Assembly: GCA_020441025.1 (NCBI GenBank)
Contig: JAGRMX010000001.1
Location: 1-38,152, forward strand
Length of the DNA: 38,152 nt
Source of the DNA: Leptospiraceae bacterium
GTDB lineage: Bacteria > Spirochaetota > Leptospiria > Leptospirales > Leptonemataceae
Direction: 5' to 3'
Part shown: positions 15,583 to 25,036 of the stretch, piece by piece
Layout of the letters: each line of letters starts with the position of its first letter
Position numbering within the stretch: position 1 is the stretch's first letter
The notes under the pieces: model-generated
Databases searched by the model: none
What the model was told of the DNA's origin: nothing
What the model saw: only the letters and a program-made list of their open reading frames with translations
Translations under genes and position numbers: made by a program

Positions 15583-18500
15583 ATGATTGGTATGCGAAAC
15601 AGGCGCTTCCGTTATTTGTATTTGCCGCTGGTAGTACTGGCGCTTGCTGGAATCATCCGATGCAACTCAAACCAGGGGCCTGCGGCTGTCGCCGGTACGC
15701 TCGATTTGCGCGGGCAGGAACGGCTTCTGGAAAGCGGTGTACTGGATCTGGACGGGCAATGGGATTTTGCCTGGCGTCAGTTTACACAATCCGATCAGAC
15801 GGGCCCGCCTGCGGATGCTCCGGATTATGGCGCCGGATCGAAGGCGGAATATGAAGTCGAATCGATCGTCGTGGACTCACCGAACCGTCGCCTGTTTCAG
15901 TCCGTCGACGTACCAAAATCCTGGTCGGCTTATGAAATCGATGGTCGGCATCTGCCTCTGTACGGATTCGGTACGTATCGCTTGAGAGTACTGGTCGATC
16001 GACCTGTCGATAATCTGGCACTACGGGGAACAATCGGTTCCGCATTCCGCGTATACGTTAACGGTCGTCTGGTGCATAGCGCCGGTCGCGCAACTGTGAA
16101 TGGAATTGAATTTCGTCCGGATATGACTTCGGCACTTTCGGAACCCTTTGTTCTGCAACCCGAAACCGAGATTGTCGTAGAAGTCGCCAATTTTGATTAT
16201 TTTCGGTCGGGCATCTATCACAGTCTGGAATTCGGTAACCATGAACTGCTGGCACGTAAAAAGAAGCTGCTCGCCTGGGTTGATATCTTCTTAACCGGCT
16301 CATTGTTTTTTGTTTCTCTGTACCATTTGATTTTATTCGGCCTCGACCGTCGGGAAATCTCTGCGCTATATTTTGTGATCATGTGTATCGGTATCAGTAC
16401 CCGTATTATGCTGGTTGACGAGCGTTTCCTTCTGGACCTTCTGCCGCCAATTCCGTTTAATCTGACAAACCAGGTTTTGTTTGCCGGTTCGTATATTCTG
16501 ATTCCGGCCAGTACGCTTTTCATTCATGCATTGTTCCCGGATCCAGAATCCAATTGGTTCGTGAAAACCATTCTGGGCTTATCCGCCGTACAATTGTTGG
16601 CCATCTTTATTCTGAATCAGCAATGGCTGGGTTATACCATCCCCGTATTTGGCGGGTTGATTCTGCTGGCCGCTATTGACGGCATCACCACCATGCTGCG
16701 CGCGTTGCGGAAGAAAAGGCCGGGCGCGCTGACGTTCTTAATCGCTTTTCTGTGTTTATTAGTGCCGAGTCTCAATGATTTTTTATATGTAATGCAAATC
16801 GTCAATACCGGTTATTACGTAACTTATGGTTTTGCGGCCTTTGTGTTGGTTCAGGCCGCTACCGTTTCCAATCGAATTATTCGGGGGCGGCAGACTTCCG
16901 AAAAATTGACGGCGGATCTGGAAGCGTCCATTCGTCGTCTGCGTTCGCTGGATCAATTGAAAGACGATTTTCTGGCCACCACATCCCATGAGCTACGTAC
17001 TCCATTGCAGGGGATCATCGGCATGGCCACTTCTCTGCGTGATGCGACCGAGGAGCCCCTATCCGAATCGTCACGGCGGCAATTGGAACTGATCGCCATC
17101 AGCGGGCGGCGACTTTCGGGGCTGGTGAACGACATACTGGAGTTCACGCGCCTGCGCAATCAGGATATTCGGCTCCATCCCGTCGCTATCGATCTAAGCC
17201 TGTTGATAGATTTGCAGCTGGAGTTGATTCGTTTCGGAATGGAGCGGGATCATAAGATCGAATTATATAATGTAGTACCGACTGATTTTCCACCGGTCTA
17301 TGCAGACGAGTCTCGTATCACTCAGATACTGCAGAATCTGCTGGGCAACGCGGTGAAGTATACCGCGCAGGGCGAAATTCGGATAGGGGCCATGGTTCGT
17401 CCGGGCGGCTTCGCGGAAGTTTACATACAGGATACCGGGTCCGGCATCGCCCCGGACGATCAGGAGCGCATTTTTCAACCGTTCGAACAGGGACGCACCG
17501 ATATCAATCGGAAACCGGGCAGCACCGGTCTGGGTTTATCGATCGCCCAATCTCTGGTGGAATTGCACGGCGGTCGCCTGTGGTTGGCGGACTCATCGTC
17601 CCGGGGTTCGCGTTTTCATTTTACCATGCCGTTGCAACGCCCGGATGGTACGCCGCAACTTACCGAAATCGATTCCAGCGCCATCTCTTCTACTCAGGGG
17701 TTGCAGGCTATTTTTCGTACCGATTCGGCTTTCGATGTACGCCAGAATCATAATGAAATCGATTCGGAAGTACAGGCCGGCGTATTGCTGGTGGATGATG
17801 AATCCATCAACATTGAAGTTATGCGCAATTATCTCGGTACCGTGGACATACACGCCGAGTTCGTTAACAGCGCGGAAGCGGCCCGGGAGCATTTATCGGC
17901 GGAGCATTTGCCCGAATGTGTGGTTCTGGATATTATGCTACCGGGTATTTCCGGATTGGAATTGGCCCGTGAATTGCGCGAAAAGTATGATCTGGATGAA
18001 CTGCCGATTTTGATGGTCACGGCTCGCACCCGCACGACCGATTTAATGGCGGCGTTACAGGCCGGTGCGAACGATTATTTAATCCGTCCTTTTGAACGGG
18101 AAGAATTTATTTCCAGGGTCAACAACCTGGTTTCGCTGGCCCGTTCTCGCAAAGACGCCACCCGCAGTAAACTGGCTCTGCGAGACGCGGTGCGTCAGGA
18201 ACGCGCGCGTATCAACGCCGATTTGCACGATCATCTGGGCGCCAGTCTAACCGATCTGCAATTGTTCAGCGACGCCGCCGTGGAAAATCCCGAACTGGAT
18301 AGAAATTTTACGCTCCGACTGCGTAACATGGTAACTTCGGCCGTGCAATTGTTAAGGGGCGACCTGCTCAGCTTAGAAGATCTGGAAATGCTGGAAGAAA
18401 ATTTTCTGGACGGAATGCAATTGATTTTGTTGCGGCGTTATGTGGAAGCCGGTCGGGAGATTCATTTTGAGGTGGAGCGTTCCGCCGCTATGGGCGAAAA

Positions 18501-18846
18501 AGCGGGAGCTCTGTTTAATGAAACGCAAATCGATACGTTGTATGCGGTTTTGAAAGAAATGGCTACCAACGATCTTAAATACGGCAGCGGTACGCCCGAT
18601 TGGCATTTCCGGTTGTCGGAGAACGAAATGCGATTGGAGTTCCGCAGTCAATCGCACTACAAGGTCAGTCGACACGGCACCGGGCGCGGTACTTCCGGGA
18701 TGATTCGCCGACTGTCCGGAATCGGCGGCACTCTGCATATGCGTATGGATGCTATCGGCGACGATTCCATGGCAGCCGATGCCGGCCCCCGTCTCGATGA
18801 ACCCGAACAGGCCACGATTCATATTGTTCTGCGCGTTCCGCTTTGA
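15583..18846 (+). CDS. Hybrid sensor histidine kinase: 7TMR-DISMED2 + 7TM + HisKA/HATPase + REC + second HisKA_3-type kinase module
   Basis: Periplasmic LDGQWDFAW motif and seven TM helices. H-box TSHELRTPL. G-boxes DTGSGI and GSTGLGLSI. REC has VVLDIMLPGISG. The C-terminal ERARINADLHDHLGASLTDL is a NarX/DesK-type DHp motif, followed by an ATPase-like end. Confidence 0.9.
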   Translation: MIGMRNRRFRYLYLPLVVLALAGIIRCNSNQGPAAVAGTLDLRGQERLLESGVLDLDGQWDFAWRQFTQSDQTGPPADAPDYGAGSKAEYEVESIVVDSPNRRLFQSVDVPKSWSAYEIDGRHLPLYGFGTYRLRVLVDRPVDNLALRGTIGSAFRVYVNGRLVHSAGRATVNGIEFRPDMTSALSEPFVLQPETEIVVEVANFDYFRSGIYHSLEFGNHELLARKKKLLAWVDIFLTGSLFFVSLYHLILFGLDRREISALYFVIMCIGISTRIMLVDERFLLDLLPPIPFNLTNQVLFAGSYILIPASTLFIHALFPDPESNWFVKTILGLSAVQLLAIFILNQQWLGYTIPVFGGLILLAAIDGITTMLRALRKKRPGALTFLIAFLCLLVPSLNDFLYVMQIVNTGYYVTYGFAAFVLVQAATVSNRIIRGRQTSEKLTADLEASIRRLRSLDQLKDDFLATTSHELRTPLQGIIGMATSLRDATEEPLSESSRRQLELIAISGRRLSGLVNDILEFTRLRNQDIRLHPVAIDLSLLIDLQLELIRFGMERDHKIELYNVVPTDFPPVYADESRITQILQNLLGNAVKYTAQGEIRIGAMVRPGGFAEVYIQDTGSGIAPDDQERIFQPFEQGRTDINRKPGSTGLGLSIAQSLVELHGGRLWLADSSSRGSRFHFTMPLQRPDGTPQLTEIDSSAISSTQGLQAIFRTDSAFDVRQNHNEIDSEVQAGVLLVDDESINIEVMRNYLGTVDIHAEFVNSAEAAREHLSAEHLPECVVLDIMLPGISGLELARELREKYDLDELPILMVTARTRTTDLMAALQAGANDYLIRPFEREEFISRVNNLVSLARSRKDATRSKLALRDAVRQERARINADLHDHLGASLTDLQLFSDAAVENPELDRNFTLRLRNMVTSAVQLLRGDLLSLEDLEMLEENFLDGMQLILLRRYVEAGREIHFEVERSAAMGEKAGALFNETQIDTLYAVLKEMATNDLKYGSGTPDWHFRLSENEMRLEFRSQSHYKVSRHGTGRGTSGMIRRLSGIGGTLHMRMDAIGDDSMAADAGPRLDEPEQATIHIVLRVPL

Positions 18847-18997
18847 GATGGGTGGGGCCATCGATTCATCTATTTGTTCGGACGGTCATTTGAATTACAC
18901 TGCTGCGCGATTCTAAGCGAGTTATGGGAGCCTGCCGGGTACTTTTTTCACATAATTATGCGATTGCGTTTTTCGGCCGTTATTGTAGACTTTCGCC

Positions 18998-19657
18998 ATG
19001 GATAATCGTACGGAAATCGGGGATCGTCAAATTTCGGTGGGTGTAGTCGAGAACGACGAGTCGTACATCGAAAAAATTCGATCTATGTTGTCCGAGTTGT
19101 CCATGGTGCGGGAAGTGCGTTGCTGGACCTCCGCCGAAGAATACTGGCGCGATCGAAACGGACAGAAGCTGGATGTGTTGCTGCTGGATATCAAGCTGCC
19201 GGGCATGGACGGTGTGGAACTGGCCGGACGGGTTACGGTTCGCAATCCGGACATCAGCATCATCATGCTTTCCAACCTGAATTCGGATAACTTGATTTTC
19301 CAGGCCCTGCGCAACGGCGCGATCGGTTACATCCTGAAAGCGGAATTGCGCGATCTGGGGGAAACTCTTCAGACGGTTTTGAGCGGCGGTGCCACCATCA
19401 CGCCCACAATCGCGTTTCGGGTGCTCACCAGCTTTCGTAAATCGAATCCCATTCTGGAAGCGCGGTTGACCGAGCGCGAAAAACAAATCCTGGAATTAAT
19501 GGTGAGCGGCAAGACCATTGCGCGGGTGGCGGACGTTCTGGGTGTCAGTGTAAACACGGTCAATCATCACGCTAAGAGTATTTATCGCAAACTGAACGTT
19601 CATAATCGTACGGAGCTGGCGCGCAAAGCCGCCGCCGCCGGATTGCTGGATGTGTGA
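18998..19657 (+). CDS. NarL/FixJ (LuxR-type HTH) response regulator
   Basis: REC with LLLDIKLPGMDG. The C-terminal LTEREKQILELMVSGKTIARVADVLGVSVNTVNHHAKSIYRKL is a LuxR HTH. Confidence 0.9.
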   Translation: MDNRTEIGDRQISVGVVENDESYIEKIRSMLSELSMVREVRCWTSAEEYWRDRNGQKLDVLLLDIKLPGMDGVELAGRVTVRNPDISIIMLSNLNSDNLIFQALRNGAIGYILKAELRDLGETLQTVLSGGATITPTIAFRVLTSFRKSNPILEARLTEREKQILELMVSGKTIARVADVLGVSVNTVNHHAKSIYRKLNVHNRTELARKAAAAGLLDV

Positions 19658-19792
19658 TGTGAGTTATGAATTCCGGGAGCCTAATTGATTCAATTGATCC
19701 GCTCAAAAGCTCCGCCCTGCGTCCCGCCCGCATCCTTCTGATAAGTGGACCGCTTTTTTCCCGCCTCATATGCATACAATAATTGGGCGACT

Positions 19793-20074
19793 ATGCGCAT
19801 CGGATCCGATGAAATCGAATTGTTACGTCCTTTCGCGAAGTATTCCTGGAAGTTCAATCGCATGCGCGGCTGGGATTTTGTTGAACGCCGCGGAGTTCGA
19901 ATTGGTATCGATCATGTGCTGTGCTTTTCCCTCGAAGGATCGCCGACCGGTGCGGAAGAGTTTGTTACCGTTGCATTAACTCCGACCATAGAATCGATGC
20001 AATATGAAACAATGAGCGAGACTTTACGGCGATACATGCATGCCCCGCAGATTGTTATTCCGAATTGCGGTTAA
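19793..20074 (+). CDS. Hypothetical protein (93 aa from the ATG; the track ORF starts at a GTG at 19745)
   Basis: Open frame downstream of the response regulator. No family recognised and the RBS is weak. Confidence 0.35.
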   Translation: MRIGSDEIELLRPFAKYSWKFNRMRGWDFVERRGVRIGIDHVLCFSLEGSPTGAEEFVTVALTPTIESMQYETMSETLRRYMHAPQIVIPNCG

Positions 20075-20080
20075 GCAAAA

Positions 20081-20827
20081 TCAGGAACCATTACGACCCG
20101 TGATGGCCGTAGCGCAGCCGGAGAATAAGTTATGCTCGCGCACCTTCGTCATGCCGCGGCTTTTAAGAACGGTTGCCAGGCCGGAGCAATTTTGAAATTG
20201 CATGGTATAGAAGCCCAGCATGCGGTAATTATCCGGATTTCCGGAAAACAGCCGACCGATCAGGGGAATGATTCGATTTAAGTAGAACAAATAGAAAAAA
20301 CGCAAAATACGATTGGATGGCACCGAAATCTCGACGATCGAAAATCGTCCGCCCGGTTTTAATACTTTTTGTAATAAGCCGGCGAGCGCTTCGTAATCCC
20401 CGGTTGATAATGTCTTTATTCCGAAACTACAGGTAACGGCGTCGAATCGCGCCGATTGGGCCGCGTCATTTCCAAACTGAAATACATCGGTTTCACTCAG
20501 GGCAATGTTTGTGGTCCGACGTTCTCGCAGTTGCCGCGCGTGGCTGCCGGCGCGTTCCATCATCTGTCTGGAAAAATCCACGCCATGTAAGTACCCGTTT
20601 TGTCCGACAGCCGCGACTATACGAGCGAAGCACTCGCCCATTCCGCTCATCAGATCCAGAACATGATCACCCGGCTGCAATGCGGCCAGTTCCACGCACT
20701 GTCGGCGCCAGCGTCGAGCGAATCCGAACGAGGCAATCAGATTCACCGGGCCATATGTGGCGCTCATCTCGTTGAACAGCGCTTGAAGAGCGGAAGGCGA
20801 ATATGCCGGTGGCGGATTTTGGTTCAC
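20081..20827 (-). CDS. Class I SAM-dependent methyltransferase, UbiE/MenG (COQ5) family
   Basis: YGPVNLIASFGFARRWRRQ resembles the UbiE signature Y(D)xxNxxxSxGxxxxWR. The SAM motif is VLDLMSGMGE. GTG start, 12 nt after the upstream gene. Confidence 0.75.
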   Translation of the reverse strand: MNQNPPPAYSPSALQALFNEMSATYGPVNLIASFGFARRWRRQCVELAALQPGDHVLDLMSGMGECFARIVAAVGQNGYLHGVDFSRQMMERAGSHARQLRERRTTNIALSETDVFQFGNDAAQSARFDAVTCSFGIKTLSTGDYEALAGLLQKVLKPGGRFSIVEISVPSNRILRFFYLFYLNRIIPLIGRLFSGNPDNYRMLGFYTMQFQNCSGLATVLKSRGMTKVREHNLFSGCATAITGRNGS

Positions 20828-20839
20828 GGTCTCGAAATG

Positions 20840-21226
20840 TCACTGAGCGGAACGATTGCGATTTTGTTGTTTTTCCCGGAACTCCCGACCCAGTTGCGTG
20901 CAAAGCGCTTCATCCCGGGCAATTACTATAAAAAATTGATTATCCGGTTTTGCGCATTCAAATACCCACGCCACCGCGCCGTCATCGTCGGTTTGCCGGT
21001 ATGTTTGCTGCTCTATGGCGCCCGCGCAGGAATTCTTAACAATCTCGTTTTTCATGCCGTCCGGCAGAGTTACCGATCGGCAATTGTCCGAGCCGGCCAG
21101 GTATGTCCAACCGGTATCATTCTGCCAGTTGATGGGCGCGGCGCTGCCGGCTTCCGTATAATACGGACCGGATGCGCAGGATACGGCCAGCGCGGAAAGA
21201 GCAATTGTAATAATTCGATTATACAT
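20840..21226 (-). CDS. Small lipoprotein, function unknown
   Basis: Signal peptide with lipobox ALAVS-C; 128 aa. Confidence 0.6.
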   Translation of the reverse strand: MYNRIITIALSALAVSCASGPYYTEAGSAAPINWQNDTGWTYLAGSDNCRSVTLPDGMKNEIVKNSCAGAIEQQTYRQTDDDGAVAWVFECAKPDNQFFIVIARDEALCTQLGREFREKQQNRNRSAQ

Positions 21227-21265
21227 GAGAGCACTAAGCTTTATCGAACGTAAGTGGCAATCGTT

Positions 21266-21718
21266 TTAATCGTTTTGATTCGGTGCATGGGCCTCTATGC
21301 GGATGATGGCCAGCCGGGCAAAATAGTACTTCCATATTAAACCGTATACGATGGGTATAAAGCATAGAGAAAATCCGACGCCGAGCGTGGCAGTTTCAAT
21401 CTCGGGCAGGTTTCGTAGTATTCGAATGAAAGCCAGCAGTCCGGAAATGAAGGCGGCCGCCAGACCGACGTCGCCCATTGCCTGATAGATGCCCCTGATC
21501 TTTGCGATGCCGCCTCGATCTTTTAGATGCGCCAGGAACAGTTGCGCTATGGCCGGTGGGAATTGGCGCGGCGCGACGGCCAGACCGCCCAGCAAACCGG
21601 GCAGGACCACCCAGATGATGGCGGGAATATTGAACACATCGAGAGGCGATAGTCCCACCAGAGTCGGTTCGATAATTAATGAAATTATCAATAGAAAGAA
21701 CAGGATGATTGCGTGCAT
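21266..21718 (-). CDS. Small 4-TM membrane protein with weak MotA/TolQ/ExbB-like features
   Basis: 150 aa. The N-terminal helix plus the FNIPAIIWVVLPGLLGG segment, and a later GDVGLAAAFISGLLAFIRIL helix, resemble a proton-channel family core lacking the cytoplasmic loop. The assignment is tentative. Confidence 0.5.
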   Translation of the reverse strand: MHAIILFFLLIISLIIEPTLVGLSPLDVFNIPAIIWVVLPGLLGGLAVAPRQFPPAIAQLFLAHLKDRGGIAKIRGIYQAMGDVGLAAAFISGLLAFIRILRNLPEIETATLGVGFSLCFIPIVYGLIWKYYFARLAIIRIEAHAPNQND

Positions 21719-22007
21719 GGTTGATTCCTGAAAAATTTGAACGGATTTTTCGCAATAGTGCGATAGCCGTTCGTCATCGTCATTGAGAAAAATATCACAT
21801 TAGATTAATATGGATTCGCAATGGAAAGTATTGTTTAACCGATCGAATCGCTGTTTTTCTGTTGCATTATGCGAATCCTTTAAAAAGATCTTGTTCGCAT
21901 ATACATCCGCGTTCGGTCAGCCTGCGATGAAAGCGCACTTTTAAAAATGATCGATTGTGCGGAAACTATATGCCGCCTTTGATAAGTTTAAGCAGGAGTA
22001 ATCGACT

Positions 22008-22103
22008 ATGGATCTGGCAATCACGTTGTCCCTGGGTACAATCGCGTTCTGTGTTGTTTTGGGTGTTTACATTTTTATTGTAGTTCGAAAAAAGCTCGGC
22101 TGA
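22008..22103 (+). CDS. Candidate 31-aa single-TM small protein
   Basis: AGGAG lies 7-8 nt upstream of the ATG. The peptide is MDLAITLSLGTIAFCVVLGVYIFIVVRKKLG, and a 7-bp hairpin (cggattc caacc gaatccg) follows the stop. It falls below the ORF-track length cutoff. Confidence 0.35.
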   Translation: MDLAITLSLGTIAFCVVLGVYIFIVVRKKLG

Positions 22104-22257
22104 TTTCCGGATTCCAACCGAATCCGTCATAATACAAGCCCTTCTAAGCGTTCGAGTGCAAGTTCTGTTTTGAACGGTTAAACGGGTTATCAATCGTCAT
22201 GTCCATATTTGTTGCGAAAAACTTGCGAACGATTATCAGTCGCAGAGTATCGTCCAT

Positions 22258-22977
22258 ATGAAAGAATCAGCGACTACCGGCATAGCCCTCGACGGCGGTG
22301 CCATGCGCCTATCCTTCTTCGGCGGGTTCTTGCAGAAAATACAGGAAGAGGGATACCCGGTCGATGAGATGGTGGGCATTTCCAGCGGCGCTCTGGTGGC
22401 ACTGGGATTCATGGCCGGATTTTCCATGCAGGAAGTGTATGATACGCATCTGCAATGGATTTATGAACGGCGTCTCCAATACAATATTTACGAAAAGTAT
22501 CTGGATCATTTCGATTATTTGCTGACGGATGAAATGATCGCCGGTCTGAATGGTCGCTTGAAGATAGTGGCCAGTCGCCTGACTCTGTTGGGGCCCAGGA
22601 CCGAAGTGTTCGATCACTTTAAAGACAAAGCCGATCTTAAAAATAAAATTCTGGCATCCGGCAGCATTCCGTACTTTAATCAGTTCCCGTTATGGATGAA
22701 TGGAAACCTGTACGTGGACGGCTATGTGACCTGTCGCAATCCGGCGCAGTACCTGTCCGCTTCTGATAAACTTTCCGTGCTCGCCATTCGGGAGTTTTCG
22801 GATAGTGATGGTGCCGCAAGGTTGGGTGATACGGTTGAGATGCGTTCTTTTGAAGGCTTTCCCGCGGTGTATACATTTGTCGCCAGCAAAGACGCGATTC
22901 AAGCATGGTTCCGGTACGGCTACCGGCAGGCGGAAGAGTATTTATCGCGGACGAATCGAATTTGCTTTCATCGTTAA
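22258..22977 (+). CDS. Patatin-like phospholipase
   Basis: The oxyanion region GIALDGGAMR, the nucleophile elbow GISSG (GxSxG) and the catalytic Asp in VDGY occur in the canonical order. Confidence 0.8.
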   Translation: MKESATTGIALDGGAMRLSFFGGFLQKIQEEGYPVDEMVGISSGALVALGFMAGFSMQEVYDTHLQWIYERRLQYNIYEKYLDHFDYLLTDEMIAGLNGRLKIVASRLTLLGPRTEVFDHFKDKADLKNKILASGSIPYFNQFPLWMNGNLYVDGYVTCRNPAQYLSASDKLSVLAIREFSDSDGAARLGDTVEMRSFEGFPAVYTFVASKDAIQAWFRYGYRQAEEYLSRTNRICFHR

Positions 22978-23023
22978 AGTCGGCTTACACCTGATGAATC
23001 GTATATGGCTGCGGCATATCTCT

Positions 23024-24115
23024 TTAGATACGTGCTTTGGTGTGTAACTCCTGCATGATTTCTTCCATTGCTCTATCTATAGCCGATTCGGGTGAGAGCC
23101 CAAAATCTTCCACTTCTATCGACCAGAGAATGCGATTGGTTTCCACTGAAATGCAACGTACGGTTAAATGCGCGTCATAGGAAGAGCTATATGCGGGGCG
23201 CACCGTGAGTGTAGCGGAAACCAGGCGATCCACATTAAGCTGATGACCGAGTCGATTGCGGGCCGATTCGGTCAGGCCCGACTGACTGTGTGCCAGCTCA
23301 TCCAGCACCAGATCCATTTGTTCTCGTTCAACGATGATTGCACCGGAACGAACAAAGTGGCCTTCGAGTATGCGGCGCGTGCTGATTGCATAGTCTTCCT
23401 CCGCTTCAACCGGACCGATTGCGTATACGGGTTTTGCGCCGATCGTAAAGTGTGTTAACAATGTTTCATCACGAGCCAGGTCCGAACGCAGATCGGCTTC
23501 GAATTGATTGAAAACGACCTGTGATAGATCCGGATTGCGTTCATTGGAGCTCATGGAAAAGCGTTCTGAAACCAGAGCAAAAACAGGACCGGCAAGTGCA
23601 ATGGCCCAGCCAACCAAAAAGCGATGTTTTACGGGATAGCGATACTCTTTGATTATTTCCCGTCGCTTGCGGTCAAACAGCGTGAATCCCATCATGCCCT
23701 TTGTATCGCCGTATCCCGGGAAAGTACCCAGCGTGAGAAAAAATGGGATCTGAGTAAGATTGTCTTTATCGGTAAACTCCAGCAATTCGGGCCTGACGAT
23801 TATAACTACGTTTGCGCCGGAATCCAGGCGAAAATGTCGGCTGGCACGGAAGGATTGGACGATATCCCCGGAAAAATAATTGGCCACCAATTGTCGATTG
23901 ATATACGATTCACTGTAGGGCGTGGGCGCCGGACGAACATTGCGTCCGGCTTCATCCAGATGCAATTGTATCGGCAGGGTCTCATCGCTGCGATCCTCAA
24001 ATGATTTCAACAGTGGAGCGGCGCCCAAAAGATCGCCTTCCACGTTTACCTGATGCATGACACAGCTATTATTCGAAAGTACGATTGCTGTGATTATGAA
24101 CAGTGCACGGCGCAT
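23024..24115 (-). CDS. Lipoprotein; C-terminal region resembles CsgG/LpoB-type domains
   Basis: Lipobox LSNNS-C. The C-terminal pattern IIVEREQMDLVLDELAHSQSGLTE...LGHQLNVDRLVSATL is typical of CsgG/LpoB-like lipoproteins; this call is from memory only. Confidence 0.6.
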   Translation of the reverse strand: MRRALFIITAIVLSNNSCVMHQVNVEGDLLGAAPLLKSFEDRSDETLPIQLHLDEAGRNVRPAPTPYSESYINRQLVANYFSGDIVQSFRASRHFRLDSGANVVIIVRPELLEFTDKDNLTQIPFFLTLGTFPGYGDTKGMMGFTLFDRKRREIIKEYRYPVKHRFLVGWAIALAGPVFALVSERFSMSSNERNPDLSQVVFNQFEADLRSDLARDETLLTHFTIGAKPVYAIGPVEAEEDYAISTRRILEGHFVRSGAIIVEREQMDLVLDELAHSQSGLTESARNRLGHQLNVDRLVSATLTVRPAYSSSYDAHLTVRCISVETNRILWSIEVEDFGLSPESAIDRAMEEIMQELHTKARI

Positions 24116-24231
24116 TGTGATTCAATGAATCGCGCCTATATTGTTTTTCAGCAATCAAAAATTTTCATTCTGAAATGCGTCGGTTGGCTTAAACAGGGCG
24201 AAAAAGCCGTTTTGTTATCATAATTTCCGCT

Positions 24232-24492
24232 TTAATGCATTGCCTGCGTGGTTCGACCCCGAACCCGGAGCGCCGAGTCGGCCCGCCTGTTTTGAGATTT
24301 TCGCTTACGCTTGCGAAAATCGGTCAACAATAGTTTATACGAAACGATCATTGAAACCACTACATTGCCGGCGATTAATATCATCATGGGAATGAAAAAT
24401 AGAGATGTAACGGAACTACGCACAAACGTATCAAAAAAATATGTAAACATTGAGACCATGATTACATTCAGGCCGGCATAAAACCAGCGCAC
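24232..24492 (-). CDS. Membrane protein fragment or small membrane protein (2 TM, basic tail)
   Basis: GTG-started 86-aa ORF. It is in the same frame as 24565-24834, and no stop other than one TAG separates the two. Confidence 0.4.
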   Translation of the reverse strand: MRWFYAGLNVIMVSMFTYFFDTFVRSSVTSLFFIPMMILIAGNVVVSMIVSYKLLLTDFRKRKRKSQNRRADSALRVRGRTTQAMH

Positions 24493-24564
24493 CTGTCGAG
24501 ACCAGGAAGTGTTGGTGCAAATAATACCCCGGATGCCGAAATCCCGGAAAGCGTCGTTGGGATT

Positions 24565-24834
24565 CTAGTCGGGGGAGCAGAAATAGGCCCATACCGCAGC
24601 GCAAATGGCGAACATAATGAAATGGTGGACATAAATCCAGGCATTGAATCGTAGAATTTTAAAATCTAAGATCATCAACAGACAGGATATGCTGAAGATC
24701 GATACGAATACGGTTCTGTGCGGCCGTAGTGGCGTGAAGGCGGGGACTGTCTCGATTGCGTACAAAACGCATCCGCCCCAGAATAAAAAGTGTAATGAAG
24801 CTTTTCGGAAATTCCAGAGCATCGAGTTACGCAT
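24565..24834 (-). CDS. Membrane protein fragment or small membrane protein (3 TM)
   Basis: 89-aa ORF with hydrophobic helices. It ends at the TAG at 24565-24567. Confidence 0.4.
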   Translation of the reverse strand: MRNSMLWNFRKASLHFLFWGGCVLYAIETVPAFTPLRPHRTVFVSIFSISCLLMILDFKILRFNAWIYVHHFIMFAICAAVWAYFCSPD

Positions 24835-24955
24835 GCGTCGACTCCTGGATATTAAAACTAACAGGAAGCATCGGCGCGACCATCGGTCAAGAATAACTGA
24901 GAATTGTTATTAATTGATGTATTTTTTAATCCTGTAGATTAATACATTTTATAAT

Positions 24956-25001
24956 GGAATGAACAGTGGAAATGCATTTGCGAGTATCCACTGTTCATTC
25001 C
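24956..25001 (-). terminator. Strong hairpin downstream of the DUF1566 gene
   Basis: Perfect 14-bp stem: ggaatgaacagtgg (24956-24969) pairs with ccactgttcattcc (24988-25001) across an 18-nt loop. An AT-rich tract follows on the minus strand. Confidence 0.5.
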
Positions 25002-25036
25002 GTTTTAAGCTCCGCTTGTTGCGATTTCCGCGCCAA

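Noticed and set aside
21966-22193. 75-aa minus-strand ORF
   Set aside because: It has no RBS and an odd composition. It is antisense to a better-supported small plus-strand ORF that has an AGGAG RBS.
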